Source: Microbotryum violaceum
Taxonomy: Eukaryota
Assembly (NCBI GenBank): GCA_001244265.2
Contig: CDLV01000007.1
Coordinates: forward strand, 1 to 64,000
DNA: 64,000 nt
Direction of reading: 5' to 3'
Shown: positions 44,591 to 56,839 of the stretch, in pieces
How the letters are laid out: each line of letters starts with the position of its first letter
How positions within the stretch are numbered: position 1 is the first letter of the stretch
Position numbers and translations under genes: made by a program
Notes under the pieces: model-generated
What the model was told of the DNA's origin: nothing
The model's input: only the letters and a program-made list of their open reading frames with translations
The model's database searches: none

Positions 44591-46814
44591 AACCGCCCGT
44601 TTTCGGACCCGCCTGGTCAGAACCCCGCAGATACTATGTCATGAATGACGAATGCGAACACCCCTGTCCGGGAACTGTTGGGAACGACGAATGCGGACAC
44701 CTCTGTCCGTTTTGTTTTTGTTTTTGTAGAAAATGTTCATCATATTGCCCCCGATTCCTGTTCCCCTTGATTGGCCTGCGGAAAAACTAGATGGAAGTCA
44801 ATGATGATAACAAACCGGCAAAATGCGAGAAACGGGCCAAGTCCACCAATCCGATACTTCGGATTCAAGTACCCCAGCCAAGCGGTTGCTCCCCCCAGGA
44901 GACGAATGAGAGAGAGAAGGAGAGAGAGAGAAAAGAAAGCAACTAGCGGTACTAACGACAAGAGGCCCATCCTGCCGCCACTTCCCAACTCGGTCGAGAC
45001 AAAGACAGGAGAGCGACTGCGCAGCTACCCTGACCCGCAAAGTCCCAAGTCTATGCTCGGTCACAGCAAGACGGGGTGGAAGCCCCTCAAAACCTCCACC
45101 TCAGCAGTCCCTGGCCCCTCAAAGCCGAGTTTCTGCCTGTGTCTGCTGATCCATCCCTTGACTCAGAACCCCGAAGCCAAAGAGCGCGAGCCACCGTCGA
45201 GTCAATCCCAAATCGCGAGCCGGTCCATGAGCAACAACAGAAGACCTGTAATAGATGAAGAATGAAGGCAAGATATATAGTATACAGTTTTTGTAAGAGG
45301 ATGTGTGATGTGGGGTGGGGCGGGAGGAAATCAAACCCAGCCTTTACTGCCCACGCCCCCCCTCCTGGGCCCTCAACTTCATCCTTTCCTCCAGTACCAC
45401 CCTCCTCCGCTCCAAGCTTTCCATCCTCGTACCGTGCTGCTGCTCTCCCACTTCTAATCATCTCCAAGACCATCCCCGTGAGGACCTTGATCGTCCTGCC
45501 TGCGCCTTCCTGTTCGCTGAGTTTGGACTTGAGCTTGGGGACACAGCAAAAAAACACGGAAAATGGGTTAATGCCGCGAGCAAATGGTGCAATTACCAAT
45601 TACGCGCGCGAGCTTGACCCATCTACCCAGGTAGTAAGGTGCAAAGTTCACTTACAAATGGTGCATTCTTCGCGCAAGTTTGGTGCGTTTGCCCCGGAAG
45701 AAAGGTGCGTTTACCAATTAAGGATGGTGCATCTACCATGTAGCGGGGCAATCCGCTGTATCTCGTGTAGGATGCCATGTATCACCTTGAAATTTGACGA
45801 GCCCTTTTACATGATCACCAAGTACGTCCACCTTCAGTAAGGAGCACTCTCATCAGGATCCCATGTAGTTGGAAATCGTGCGTGCACCCGGGCCGGCTCT
45901 CGTCCACGCCGCGGCCGAGTCGTCCGGACCCCGGACCGAGTAGCCGCCCCCCCCCCCCCCCACCCTAGGCTGCAATACAATGACTAAGACGATCAATCAT
46001 CTCGGAGCTGCGGGATGTGTCCATATGGAGTGGGACACCTTGTATAGCATTCCTCGCCGTATTTCCTGCCTCAGCTTGAACTTGGACAAGGAAGATCATT
46101 GACTGCCTTTCCAAACCATCCGTGAACATGTCCTAACAAAGCTAGTAGAGCATCACCAAGTGTTCTCGCAAATTTCACTAGCCGCATTATATGTATGTAT
46201 ATACATCCTTCCGTTCTACTGATGATGGCACGGCTTAGGATCGACGATCTCATTCCTCTTCTTGCAACTGCTCAAAATAAACCATGACCAATGTGAGTGT
46301 TCTGATGACAAGGAAGGGTCCGATGCAGTTTGGGAGAGCCCATACCTTGAGCAATTGACTCCAACATCAGATTTGTATTGCGAGCCAGGCATTGAGTGCA
46401 AGGCTTCAGCGAAGCCGCGCAGCTTTGAGAAAAGATTCTTCCCTCTTGCGCTTCGATCGGCGAGGGCTTGGGGCGCTTTTGGATATAGCGGCAATTGGTC
46501 GAACGGCCAATGTACATGTTTGATATCTTGACAAGCAAGCAAGGACCTAGTGCCTCAGACACCAGACACCGGCAGAGGCGGAGTAGGGCCGAACCTTACG
46601 ACCCTCGGGAGTCTCATTGGCGGCGCATCTGGCATCGAACCAATCGTTGCAATTGACGGTGCCGGGTTGGACCGCGGGCTTCGTGAAATCAACGGAGAAG
46701 TACATTGAACGTCGGGATTGGGCTCAGAGATGTACATTGTGCCGATCGAAGAGTCAATCAGAACGGGGGTAGGCGCGCAAAATTCCATAGCAAAAAAAAA
46801 ACCCTGAAATGGGA

Positions 46815-47030
46815 CGATCCCGGGATCGTGCCCCCGATTTGAAATCGGTGGAGCGATTTGAAATGCATCTGAAATCAGCGGAACGGTTTGAAATGCATTT
46901 GAATCGGCGGACCGATTTGAAACGCATTTGAGATCGCGCGCACCGATTTGAAACGCATTTGAAATCGGCGCAGCGATCCCAAATGCATCTCGAATCGATC
47001 CCAAATGAGGTTCAAATCCTCGCGGGATCG
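46815..47030. repeat. Array of ~31-bp quasi-palindromic repeats (copy 2)
   Basis: Same array as 17-230, about 90 bp outside the Helitron 3' end. Confidence 0.8.
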
Positions 47031-47122
47031 ATCCATGCCCAACGGTCAATAGGGGCACATAACTCGTGTGAAAGGGCCGATTGCGCAAGGTAGAGTGGAC
47101 CATTATGTTACTATTACTCAAA

Positions 47123-47153
47123 CTAGGTTCGGCGGCGCGCTCCGCGCGCCACC
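47123..47153 (-). terminator. Helitron 3' terminus (hairpin + CTAG)
   Basis: Minus strand reads GGTGGCGCGC-GGA-GCGCGCCGCC-GAAC-CTAG|T: a 10-bp stem with one G-T pair, then CTAG followed by T. Confidence 0.88.
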
Positions 47154-47187
47154 TCACATTGAAAATCAGCAGTTCTGTTACAGTATT

Positions 47188-50100
47188 TCAGGCCATCGAG
47201 TCAAATATCCTTCTAAACACAATGTTGTCAGTGACGTTGTGGGAAGCATTCTGCTGAGTACTAGTAGTAGTTGGCAGAAGAACCTTAACACCATGTACGT
47301 TTGATGCTCGGGACAGTGCAACATACAACTGTCCGTGTGAGAAGACAGGGTTTTCCAGACACACCCCAACGTGACCCAAAGACTGTCCTTGTGATTTGTT
47401 GATTGTCATCGCCATGGCCAGCCGGATGGGGAACTGTGTTCGGTAGAGGGTGAGCGGAAGATCCGCTGAAGATGCATTCTTGAGCGTGATCCGCGGCAGC
47501 GGAATGGTTTGTCCGGCATGATCGCCAGTCAAGACGATTGCTTCCAGTACACGGGATTGCAACCGTGTCAACAACAGCCGGGTGCCATTACATAGTCCCG
47601 CGCCAGGGTCCATATTGCGCAGCAGCATGGCCGTGCAGCCGACCTTCAATCGAACAGCATGGAGTGGCATCCCGGGAATGTTGAGGGTGTTGGAATACTC
47701 CGTCGGATACAGTGATCCGTCCTCCTCGTCTACGGAGTCAGCGCTGTAAAATGTCTGAGCGTCGCCGGGAAGAAGTTCGATGATCATGTTGTTGAGTTCG
47801 TCGACATCCGCATTCTTTGGCGCCAAAATTGCGCGATCCCGGAAATAAGCAACTTTGTTTTCGGTTGACATCAGGGTGAGATCATCCGCAGAGAGAGGAT
47901 ATACGTGGTTGATCAAGCCGGTCTTGTGTCTCGAGTCGACTGGGAGGCACAGGTGGTCAGGAAGAGTGATGGTATCTCCACCATCAATGTTGGCGGAACC
48001 GTCACCAACTCCAAAAAGCCAATCTGCAAACTCCCGTGACTTGGCCAGTTCCGTTTCTGTCATGCGGTGTACAGCAGCGAGAAGACGCATGTTCGTCTGA
48101 GTAGAAAGGCCCCTAGGTCGCAATTCAGTCTCGCATTGTCAAACTTTTCATAAATGAATCGAATGAATGGACTTACTGACAGATGGAGTATTTGAACTTC
48201 TCCCCAGAAATCAGCATTCATGATGCAGGCATCCAAGATCTGAGTAGGTGAAGCCTTGGGTACAACAGGGAGGCATTGTCTGGGGTCACCTGCAGTTCAA
48301 ATAGGCAAGTTCATCAGCCAAGTCCAATATGCCATGGTAGTCATTGATATGTACCTGCCAGGAGAACTGTAATCCCACCAAATCTTGCCGAAGATGTACG
48401 GACATCTTGCAGCATCTTGTTCACCAGCTCAAAGTGAAGACGGTGCTGCATCGGCGCTTCATCCCATATAATGAGCTCGCACGCTCGAAAAAGTTCCGCC
48501 AGCTGTCCTTGCTTGTGAATGTTGCAGGTCGAGTCATCGAATATGTCGATGGGAATCTTGAAGCGCGAATGTGCCGTTCTGCCTTTCGGAAGTAATAGCG
48601 CAGCAATGCCAGATGAAGCAACAGCCAGAGCGTATTTGTTCTCGGAACGAATCCGTGAAAGAATTGTAGTCTCCAGGAACGTTTTGCCAGTTCCACCTGG
48701 TGCGTTGATGAAGAACGTCTTGCCTTGGGCATTGAATACTGAATCGCAAATTGTGTCGAATGCGTGCCTTTGCTCAACCGTGAACGCCTCCAGATTTTTC
48801 ATCCATTCCCGGTTCATTCGCTCAATTGATTCCGGTGTTGACCGCTCTTCCATCATTAGTCGCGATAGCTCGAGCTCGTTTTCGAACGTTGCTGTCGGCA
48901 AAGGCAGTCCGTGATCACAGAGACTGGTCCCTAAGCGTTGGAGGATCTGCTCCAGTTGGAGTAGTGCCCAGCTAGAAATGTGTTCTGGAGTGATGAAAGA
49001 CTGTCCACGTCGCATCCGCAGATGGTACTCGGCATCGTCCGACAGACTGTTGTGGTGTGTCTCCCATAATTCCGCTGCATTCGAGACACCGCCATCAGCG
49101 GTCAACAACATCGCAAATAGATGGCGAAGCTGGTGACCGGAATGAAAGACGGCCGCTTTCGTGAGGCACCGGTTTGCCTCGGTGTTGTCTCGTAGTAATC
49201 CTCGTTCGATACATGCTTCCCGGAAAGTCTTAAATTCCGTGCCGTTGAAAGTTCTCAATTGAGCGAAGGATGTCGGCGACGGGACGTTGAGTAGAAGCAA
49301 CCGCAAGTAATATCGTTCCCCGGCTTCCGGACCGCAGAAGTACATACGGCCAATGGCGGGTGTGTTCGTTTTCCGCTCTTGCCAAGCTCGTTTCTTTAAA
49401 TCCCAACGAAAGGACCTGGACACGTCGAGATAAAGTACGTTTTGTGCCTTGGGTACCGGTGGAACTGTGGCGCAAAGCTTCACGAATGCCGTAAGAGTCG
49501 TCTCTGGTGGAGCTGCCGTAGTTGGCGGTCCGTCTTCAGGATCAAATCGGACTTGTTGCTTGTTAGGCAGGTGCAGTGCGAGACGTGCGACGGCTGGTTT
49601 GTGACCGTGCATTTGGTATTGAAACAGTCGGTGCATTGCTTCTGGAGCACAGACATATCGCGCATCGAGGAAGTCTTTCACTTCATTACGCGGCGCGCCT
49701 GCTTCCACGGTAAATAAAGTCCGGTCATGACCCTTGTAAACGTATTTGTAAAGATACTTGACCGCCGCAACACCGTTCGCAATTTCCACATTGATATGGC
49801 AATTGTATTTCGAAGCCAGCCACGGGTTAGTCGGTACAACGTTCGCATCGGTATAGATCTCCTCCCGTTCAGTTCCCGGAAACTTGATGAACTGGTGAAG
49901 ATTGCGGCGGCGATAGTACGGATAACCCCCGTCTTCACTGGTAGTGCGATCCTGAAATTGCTTCGGAAATCCCTTTGAGCATTTTCCATATTTGTCGTGA
50001 CAGGTGTGTTGTCCGGGGAGGTCGCATCGACGATGGAGCATGGAATTCGTGATCGTCTCAAACAATGTCGGAAACTTTTCTCGATCCGGAATTTCCGCTG

Positions 50101-52315
50101 TGACGATTCGGTCGAAGTCTTCATTCGTCTTTGGTTTTTCATCTGGATGCAAGATCAGAAGGATGTGGGCGTGTGGGAGGCCCTTTTTTTTGAAACTCGA
50201 TTACGTGGACGTGGGCAACCACCTAAATGATCGACAATATTTGGGGTACATCAGCACACAGAATACCCTGAAACGAATGTGATAGAACTCACCCTGCCGA
50301 AGACGCCGGGTCTGCCATGGTCTCCATAGATGTCATGAAGGCAAGCTGTGAGCTTGCCCTGGAAAACTCGTGCGACAATTTCGGGACGATTTGAAGCGGT
50401 TTGGCCTGGCAACAACGCGTTTACGATCTCTGGCCAGGCGGGATTGCAGGTCATCGTGATAAACAGATCCGGTGCGCCGAAAGCACGGACGATCGCCATG
50501 GCGTCTTGGTATAGCTGCACCATGTTCCGAGGTGAGCTGGGGTACGAAGACGGTAATATGACTCTTTTCCCAATTTCCGACGGATCGATGCCCTCCGCAA
50601 GGCTGGCTTGAAGGGACGAATATTCCTCGGCTCTTAAGGTTTTCTGGTTCGTCGTGATCCATCGCAGCCGATCCTGCTCTGTCAGAGCCCACGCATCGGC
50701 GACGAACTTTTGGAAAAGTCGACCACCAAGGAATAGTGTAGGGAAGGACACGGTTTCGGGCCGAATGTGGAAGTAATAGGCGTTGAATTGAAGCGGTGTG
50801 ACGTGTTTCGATCCACCTCTCCCGGTCTGCGGATTATCGGCGGTCGTCGAGCCAGACCCATGCGTACGCTGCAAGACGCCATCCGCGTCCCGAGTTCTCC
50901 GATCAGCCGAGGATGTGCTTGCGTTTTCGCTGAAAGGAATGTTGTCCTGATACCAGTCTTCTCCGAACGGCAATAGTAGCGGATATGTCAGCGACATTAC
51001 CGCTGGATGTTTGTCTGGAAGGATTTGAAGCCCACTGGTCGTGTCCCCATATGGTGGCGAACGTAATCGCACCACGATTTCCCGAGAAGACGAACGATGC
51101 TCCGTCTCGTCACCCGGTAGGATTACGGCGACCTCGTCTTGCGTTGGCAAATTGTACCTCCTGGGGTCTCGATTTCGTGGTGCAAGAAGACGTAATTGAT
51201 ATGCGTGCGCATCCTCACGATTGATGAACTCTCGCGCCATGAGAAACTGCTGCGCTCTCCTGTTTTCTTGTAGCATCATCTCGTCCAACCGGGGAAGAAT
51301 CTGGCGGTATGCGATGACCAATTGCTGTTCGTCGTCCGATGAGGGTCCGTTGAACCTAATTCGAGCGTCGATCCGTTCGGAAGGAGCGACGAAGAGAATT
51401 TGTGCGAATACAGGGTTGCTACCCCGTGCTGGAGCTAGCGTACCCATTCTATGATAGACATTCCCGCTGAGGTAGAAAGAAGGCGGTCCACCAGCGCCGA
51501 TGATTGCGTAATCTTGGCTTGTTCCAAATGACGCCATTGCAAGGTTCTCGTTAAAGGCCAGGATTCGCTCACGGAATAGCTTCTCCACTGTACACACGGT
51601 GCAAGGCGTTTTCGTCAGATGTACTGCACCAAAAAATAAGGGCATGATGTCTAACATACCTTGCCCATCGCCAGTGAGAAGCTCAAGCAAAGTGTTGGGA
51701 GGTTTTCTGATCTTTGGTAGCTCCACCTTGCCGTCGTCGCAACATGACCTGAATTCTGAATTTTGCCGTCCTCCCAAGCGTTCGAAGTCCCAATGGAAGG
51801 CGCTACACTTCGGACACAGAAGATCCATTGGACCTAAGTCGTGTCGAGGGTAGGGTCCTTCCGGCAGTGGCCGCAGTGCCATCGGTGATTGTGTGGCGGG
51901 TGGATGTAGCCGTGCGCGAACCGAACGCGCTCCTGGAGGTTCCGGACTGTGAGGTTGTCGCTGCGGGACAGAATGGACGTCGGGCGTTGGCTCGGGTGGA
52001 GGCGAGTGTTCAATTATTTTGCTCAGTTCTCCTGGAGGTGGACTGATTCGTCGATTCGGCAAAGACAGGGTCGGGCGGAACACTGTGCGGGACCGGAACG
52101 GAACGCTCTCGCTGAAGGCTTTCCCGTTGACGACGTCTTTGCTGACCTTGAGACCTTCGAGAGATCGCAGCGTTCATAGGCGGTGGATCCATTGGATGCA
52201 GTTGATCCTCCGGCAGGGGACGCAGTGCCATGGGTGACTGTGTGGCGAATGGATGTTGCCGTGCGCGAACCGAACGCGCTCCCGGAGGTTCAGGACGATG
52301 CCTCTCCGTTACCCG
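47188..52315 (-). CDS. Helitron Rep/helicase (N-terminal Cys/His cluster, Helitron_like_N, HUH-Y2 Rep, PIF1-family SF1 helicase), multi-exon
   Basis: Motifs: CPKCSAFHW..CC; PDLFITMTCNPAW; VIEFQ..GLPHAHIL (HUH); KYLYKYVYKG (Y2); [74 protein letters not shown] introns at about 51588-51659, 50222-50291, 48290-48355 and 48098-48177. A +1 frameshift lies in the T8 run at 50184-50191. The start codon is uncertain. Confidence 0.95.
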
Positions 52316-52668
52316 TTACTTTTTCCTGCCGGGGAAGATGGCTTCCACCCCGACATTCCTCTTTGCGGGGTCCACCAAGCCGGGCCGCCAATCGCCAGAA
52401 ACCGAGAGCAGATCGACAATGGTGTCCAGTTGCGCGAGGTACTTACTGGTCTCGGTCTGGATGACGAAGACGAAGAGGAAGACGAAGACCGCGACGATGA
52501 GGATGAAGACGGCGAGGAAGGGGACGAAGAGAATGGTGATGATGAACGTAAGCGTCTTCCGCTCTTTCTCATATGTTCCTTTCTGTTGAGATGTAAGCAC
52601 AGACTCACATAGAATGCTCGAACATTTAGGACGATCATCAAGGAGACGAGGAATATCTTGCATACTAC

Positions 52669-53080
52669 TTGCACGAACGCGGCGACTACTTCTTAATCCC
52701 ACATGCCACCCAGCGTCTCCTCCTCGAGTTTGTCATTGACGGATACTCCCAAGTCGATACCGATCGAATTAACTATATCCGCTTTCATCAAGAGAACCTG
52801 CGCCTCACCACGGTGCAGGGCATCACCGACGCCGTTGCCCACGGTTTGACCCCGGATCAGATTGGAGGGTTCGGTGATATTGGGGTCGACGTTCAAGAAT
52901 AGCCCGTGGGAGGTCACGCAGCGTTACCAAGATGCGATAGCGTGGGTCGTCAAATACGGGAAGTTTTCGCTGTTCATCACGGTGACGTGCAACCCCGAAT
53001 GGCCGGAAATCAAGGCTGCACTGGGGCCGAATGACAAAGCATACAACAGTCCGGATCTCATTGCACGAGTGCTCAAAGCC
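52669..53080 (+). pseudogene. Fragment of second Helitron Rep (copy 2)
   Basis: Duplicate of 5830-6240; reads FITVTCNPEWPEIKAALGPNDKAYNSPDLIARV. Confidence 0.9.
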
Positions 53081-56000
53081 AAGTCCGGCAACAAGCAACG
53101 GCCAGGCTGTTTCGGTGATGAATGGATTTTGTTGCTTTGCTGTACTTCGTACTGTGTTTTCTTAACCTCTGCGCTGAAATCAAGTAGACTGTTCGATTAT
53201 CCTGCTATTTTTTTTTGAATTCCATCCTCCCGTTAATATAACGGGTTCCCACTGGTGATCTTCTTACTTGAATAAGCCACAAAACCCGCTTCTTTAACGA
53301 GCACTGTAAAGAGTCGATCGCACATCTCCGCCTGTGTCCGAATGTCGAGCGAAACTGAGTTCCGAACTCAACCCGGTCTTAAAAGCCTAGGATCCACAAA
53401 ATATCTTATCGACCGCATGGGCTTGGTGATCTACGCTGGATGAAACTGGGCTGTAGATCAAACCCAGCGTTGGGGCGACGTGAACCTCTGGACCTCCGTT
53501 GATCTGAGGAGCACAAGGAGGCCGCACTCGGCTTCTCTGGACTGTGATCATTTGGTGCGGCTGAGAAGTCTCAAAGAACAAGCACAACCCCGGTTGGACT
53601 GTATTGCAAGTTGGAATTCTAGATTGCACAACCCTTGAAATGCTCGAGACTCGCGATCCGGCGTCGCCTCTAACTCCTTTTCCCGTTCGCGGTGATCCCC
53701 AATGCGTCTACTCATCTACCTGCGCTGGGCCGATTGACGCATTCATTCCTGCTTTCCTTCCCAGAGAATCTGCTACTTGAGAACAAAGCCGCGCAGCGTC
53801 TCCCAGAGCTGAGCGAGCGCCTGAAACTGACCCCCGCTCTCATATCTCGGAGATCGAGATACGCGCGGCTAAGATGCGCTACACCCTACAGTCGCGGGGG
53901 GAACGCCAGATCAGGTCTCGGGGACGTCTCACACGGAACACGTAGGTATCAACTCGTGAACGCACACTGATTATCAGAACCGTGAGGGCACCGGAGTAGA
54001 ACGAGAGGAAGGGGAGCTTCCATTGCTCGGCGGTCCGCTGCAAACGCGACACGAGCGACGGCATCGACCCCATTGATCGTTGTGCTTGGGGTTTCACAAG
54101 ACGCATTCGTTGTGCAAACCCACGCCGTCCCAGGCGTACGTAGCGCATCAGCAAATGAGGAGCTCAAGAGCAGCACTAGAGTTCTATCGGCATGGGCGTG
54201 TAGCAGCTACCCGCGTGATGAGAGTCGATGGGGGACACTGGTAGACGTCAAGATGACCTGGGTGCAATGTAAAATACAACTTTAGAACACTGTGGCAACC
54301 ACAAGGCTGGGTTGGAGCCGGCTCTGGCAGTCTGCAGAGCGGATGAACGACTTCGGCCGCCTCCGGCGCCGGGACGACGCGTATCGTTTGGCCGTTCTGA
54401 ACTGACCGACGGCACACAGACGGCGAGACGCAGCCTCAGCGTAAAGAGGGTACTTCGCTAGAAAATGATGCCGCCACTCACAATTCCAACGATTAGATGT
54501 CTGGTGTTGCTTTTCGCTGATCAGCAGACTCGCGAAGAATGGCGTCGAGGGGGTTCAAGCAGTGCCTGTGCAGTGGAAGGGCCTAAGCCCAGCCTAAGGC
54601 GCGTAGGTAAAATCCGCCAAAATCCCCGATTTTGGACCTTATTTGTCCCCCATTTGTTTGGATTTTTGAGCCAAAAAGGTCCCCAAAATGTCCAGTCCAT
54701 CTACGCGCGCCCAAGAATAGCTCTAGAATTGCTTCAAATGCTCTAAAACATCTTAAAAAATCGGGAAACCGCCGTCCGGACGTTTTTCGCCCGGACCGAA
54801 TCGCCGGAGCCCGCGCGCGCGTCATCCATTTCAGTTCTGCTTCGCCGAGGGCTCCTCACCTGCACTTACTGCCTACCTCTTTGACTATGATTTAACGTGG
54901 CCATGGTATACATGTAACGTACAACGAGAGGTAAGATCGATTGCAGTCACTCTGCGAAGCAGTAAGCTAGCTACCATGAGATGTACGAACCAAGTCCAAT
55001 CGACAGTTGTTCTTCTCCTATGTTGCTGGTGTCACAACTGACGGGTATCATGCCTTGTTCAATACAAAGCAGACAAGAGAGCCAATTTTCAAAGGCGTAG
55101 CTAACGTGATGTTTCCGTCGATCGACCCGAACGGTGGGATCTTGGCAAATGCCGTGTATTGCCTTGCTCGCAATTGCATCCGTACCTGGGCAAGAATGAA
55201 CATTATTGATGAGCACTCTCTGGGCCATATGTGCAAAGCACACGCGAGCCTTGGGCCCGACTTGCCTGAAGCCCCTACACATCATTTGCATCTACGACTC
55301 CGGCTCAATTCTTATATCTTGCCCAGTTTGGTCCACCGCCCACCGATCTCGTCGTGACATCGTCAATCCCCAACCGTCGTAGCTATCGAGACGCTCGAGT
55401 TTGTAGCCTTTGTCGTTGCTGCCCGGGACTGGTGCAATCGACAGGTGGGCGCCTGTCCTCTTCTGTCTTAGCACAACAGCGTCACAACGCTGACTTATTT
55501 AACTTCGTATTCAGGTGTACCACATACTCACTGTACTCGGAATGTCAGTCGCAATCTCGAAAGCGACGGCGAGTGCTATGTGCAGCGCGCTGCTGGGTGC
55601 GGCTTCGGGTGCGGTGATGGTGCCCCGAGAAACTTGGCCCCGTTGGTAGCACTGTCGGCGAACTTTGAGGGGCTTCGAGCCTCTATTCAGGACCCCAAGG
55701 GTCGCCTAGTGTCTCTGTGAGCCACCAAAGGGGGTTTTAGTGGGTATGGTTGATCCTGGTTCAGGTCAATGAGTCCTACACTACTGGCTTCTGCCAGTGT
55801 GCGTAAAAGCATTCCCTCCGACTTTTCCGAAGGTTTCTAGGTATTAATATAATTATACTGTTACGGAAATCTACAGACTCGATCGATCGTCCGACGATTC
55901 AACAAATTTCTAGTACTATACATGGCCTTTGACTTGCAAAAATCACCACTCGCGGATGATCGCTAGAGGTTATTTGATGCAATGATGTATCAACAAGATT

Positions 56001-56839
56001 TACTTCATAACGCCACTTGTCTCTCGTCACAGACCACGCGTATCCGCAACCGCGACCGACAAGTGGACGGACAAGGGGTTGCGGTACAGACACGAGATCT
56101 GCGGTACGGACATGAAAATTTCAATCATTATAGGTACTAAAACATATACTATCGTGTTTAACTTGCAGATAGTGAGTCTACTCGATAGTATCAGTATTAT
56201 CTGATCCATTTGTATCTAAACTAAGTGGACAGACATGTCCGTACATTTGTTCTGGCCCGAAAGCAGTGGACCGCGCTCCCCAACGTCATCAAGGCCACAA
56301 CGACTAGTGTAATTGAGTACACTCAAAACATAATGCATAATAGCACAAATCAAGCATGTACAAACCAGTTGGGATCGTGACAGAGTTACAGCCCACTTAT
56401 CTACGTCTACAAGTCCTCAAGTCTGCCGTGCCTCAGCTCCAGCGATACACCGAAGCCACCCTATAAATCTCATCATCTCATCATAATAGAGAAACCCTGA
56501 TTGGTTTTCCGGGTTGAGGTTGATCGATCGGAGCGATCGCCGAGGTTGAACGGCAGTGTGCGCTGGATGTGAGGAACAATATGTTCGAGCGCTCGAGCAA
56601 AGGCTTGCACGGAGGAGATACAGGGCAAATGTCAGCGTGCATGTCCTTCTCCCAACAACCTTGGGTCCTTGATCCCCCTCCACCTCGGGCTGCTCACCTC
56701 ACTGGCAGATCTCTTCGCGACTTCACTACCGAGCAAGGAAGGGGCGCAAGTTCACACTTGCGGGTCGGACACGTTGCGAATACGGAGGTCACCGCCCCAA
56801 AACCACAACAACCCCAAGCATCACGGCGACATGGGTCGA

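Larger units (their letters stand above)
47123..52315 (-). mobile_element. Helitron (rolling-circle transposon); 3' end defined, 5' end not resolved
   Basis: RepHel gene followed 35 bp after the stop codon by a GC-rich hairpin and CTAG|T on the minus strand. The 5' TC terminus could not be identified, so the element may extend further. Confidence 0.92.

Noticed and set aside
47110..47126. Head-to-tail Helitron junction defining the whole 46.8-kb unit as one element
   Set aside because: On the minus strand CTAG is followed by TTTGAG, not the expected 5' TC, so a precise canonical junction is not supported.
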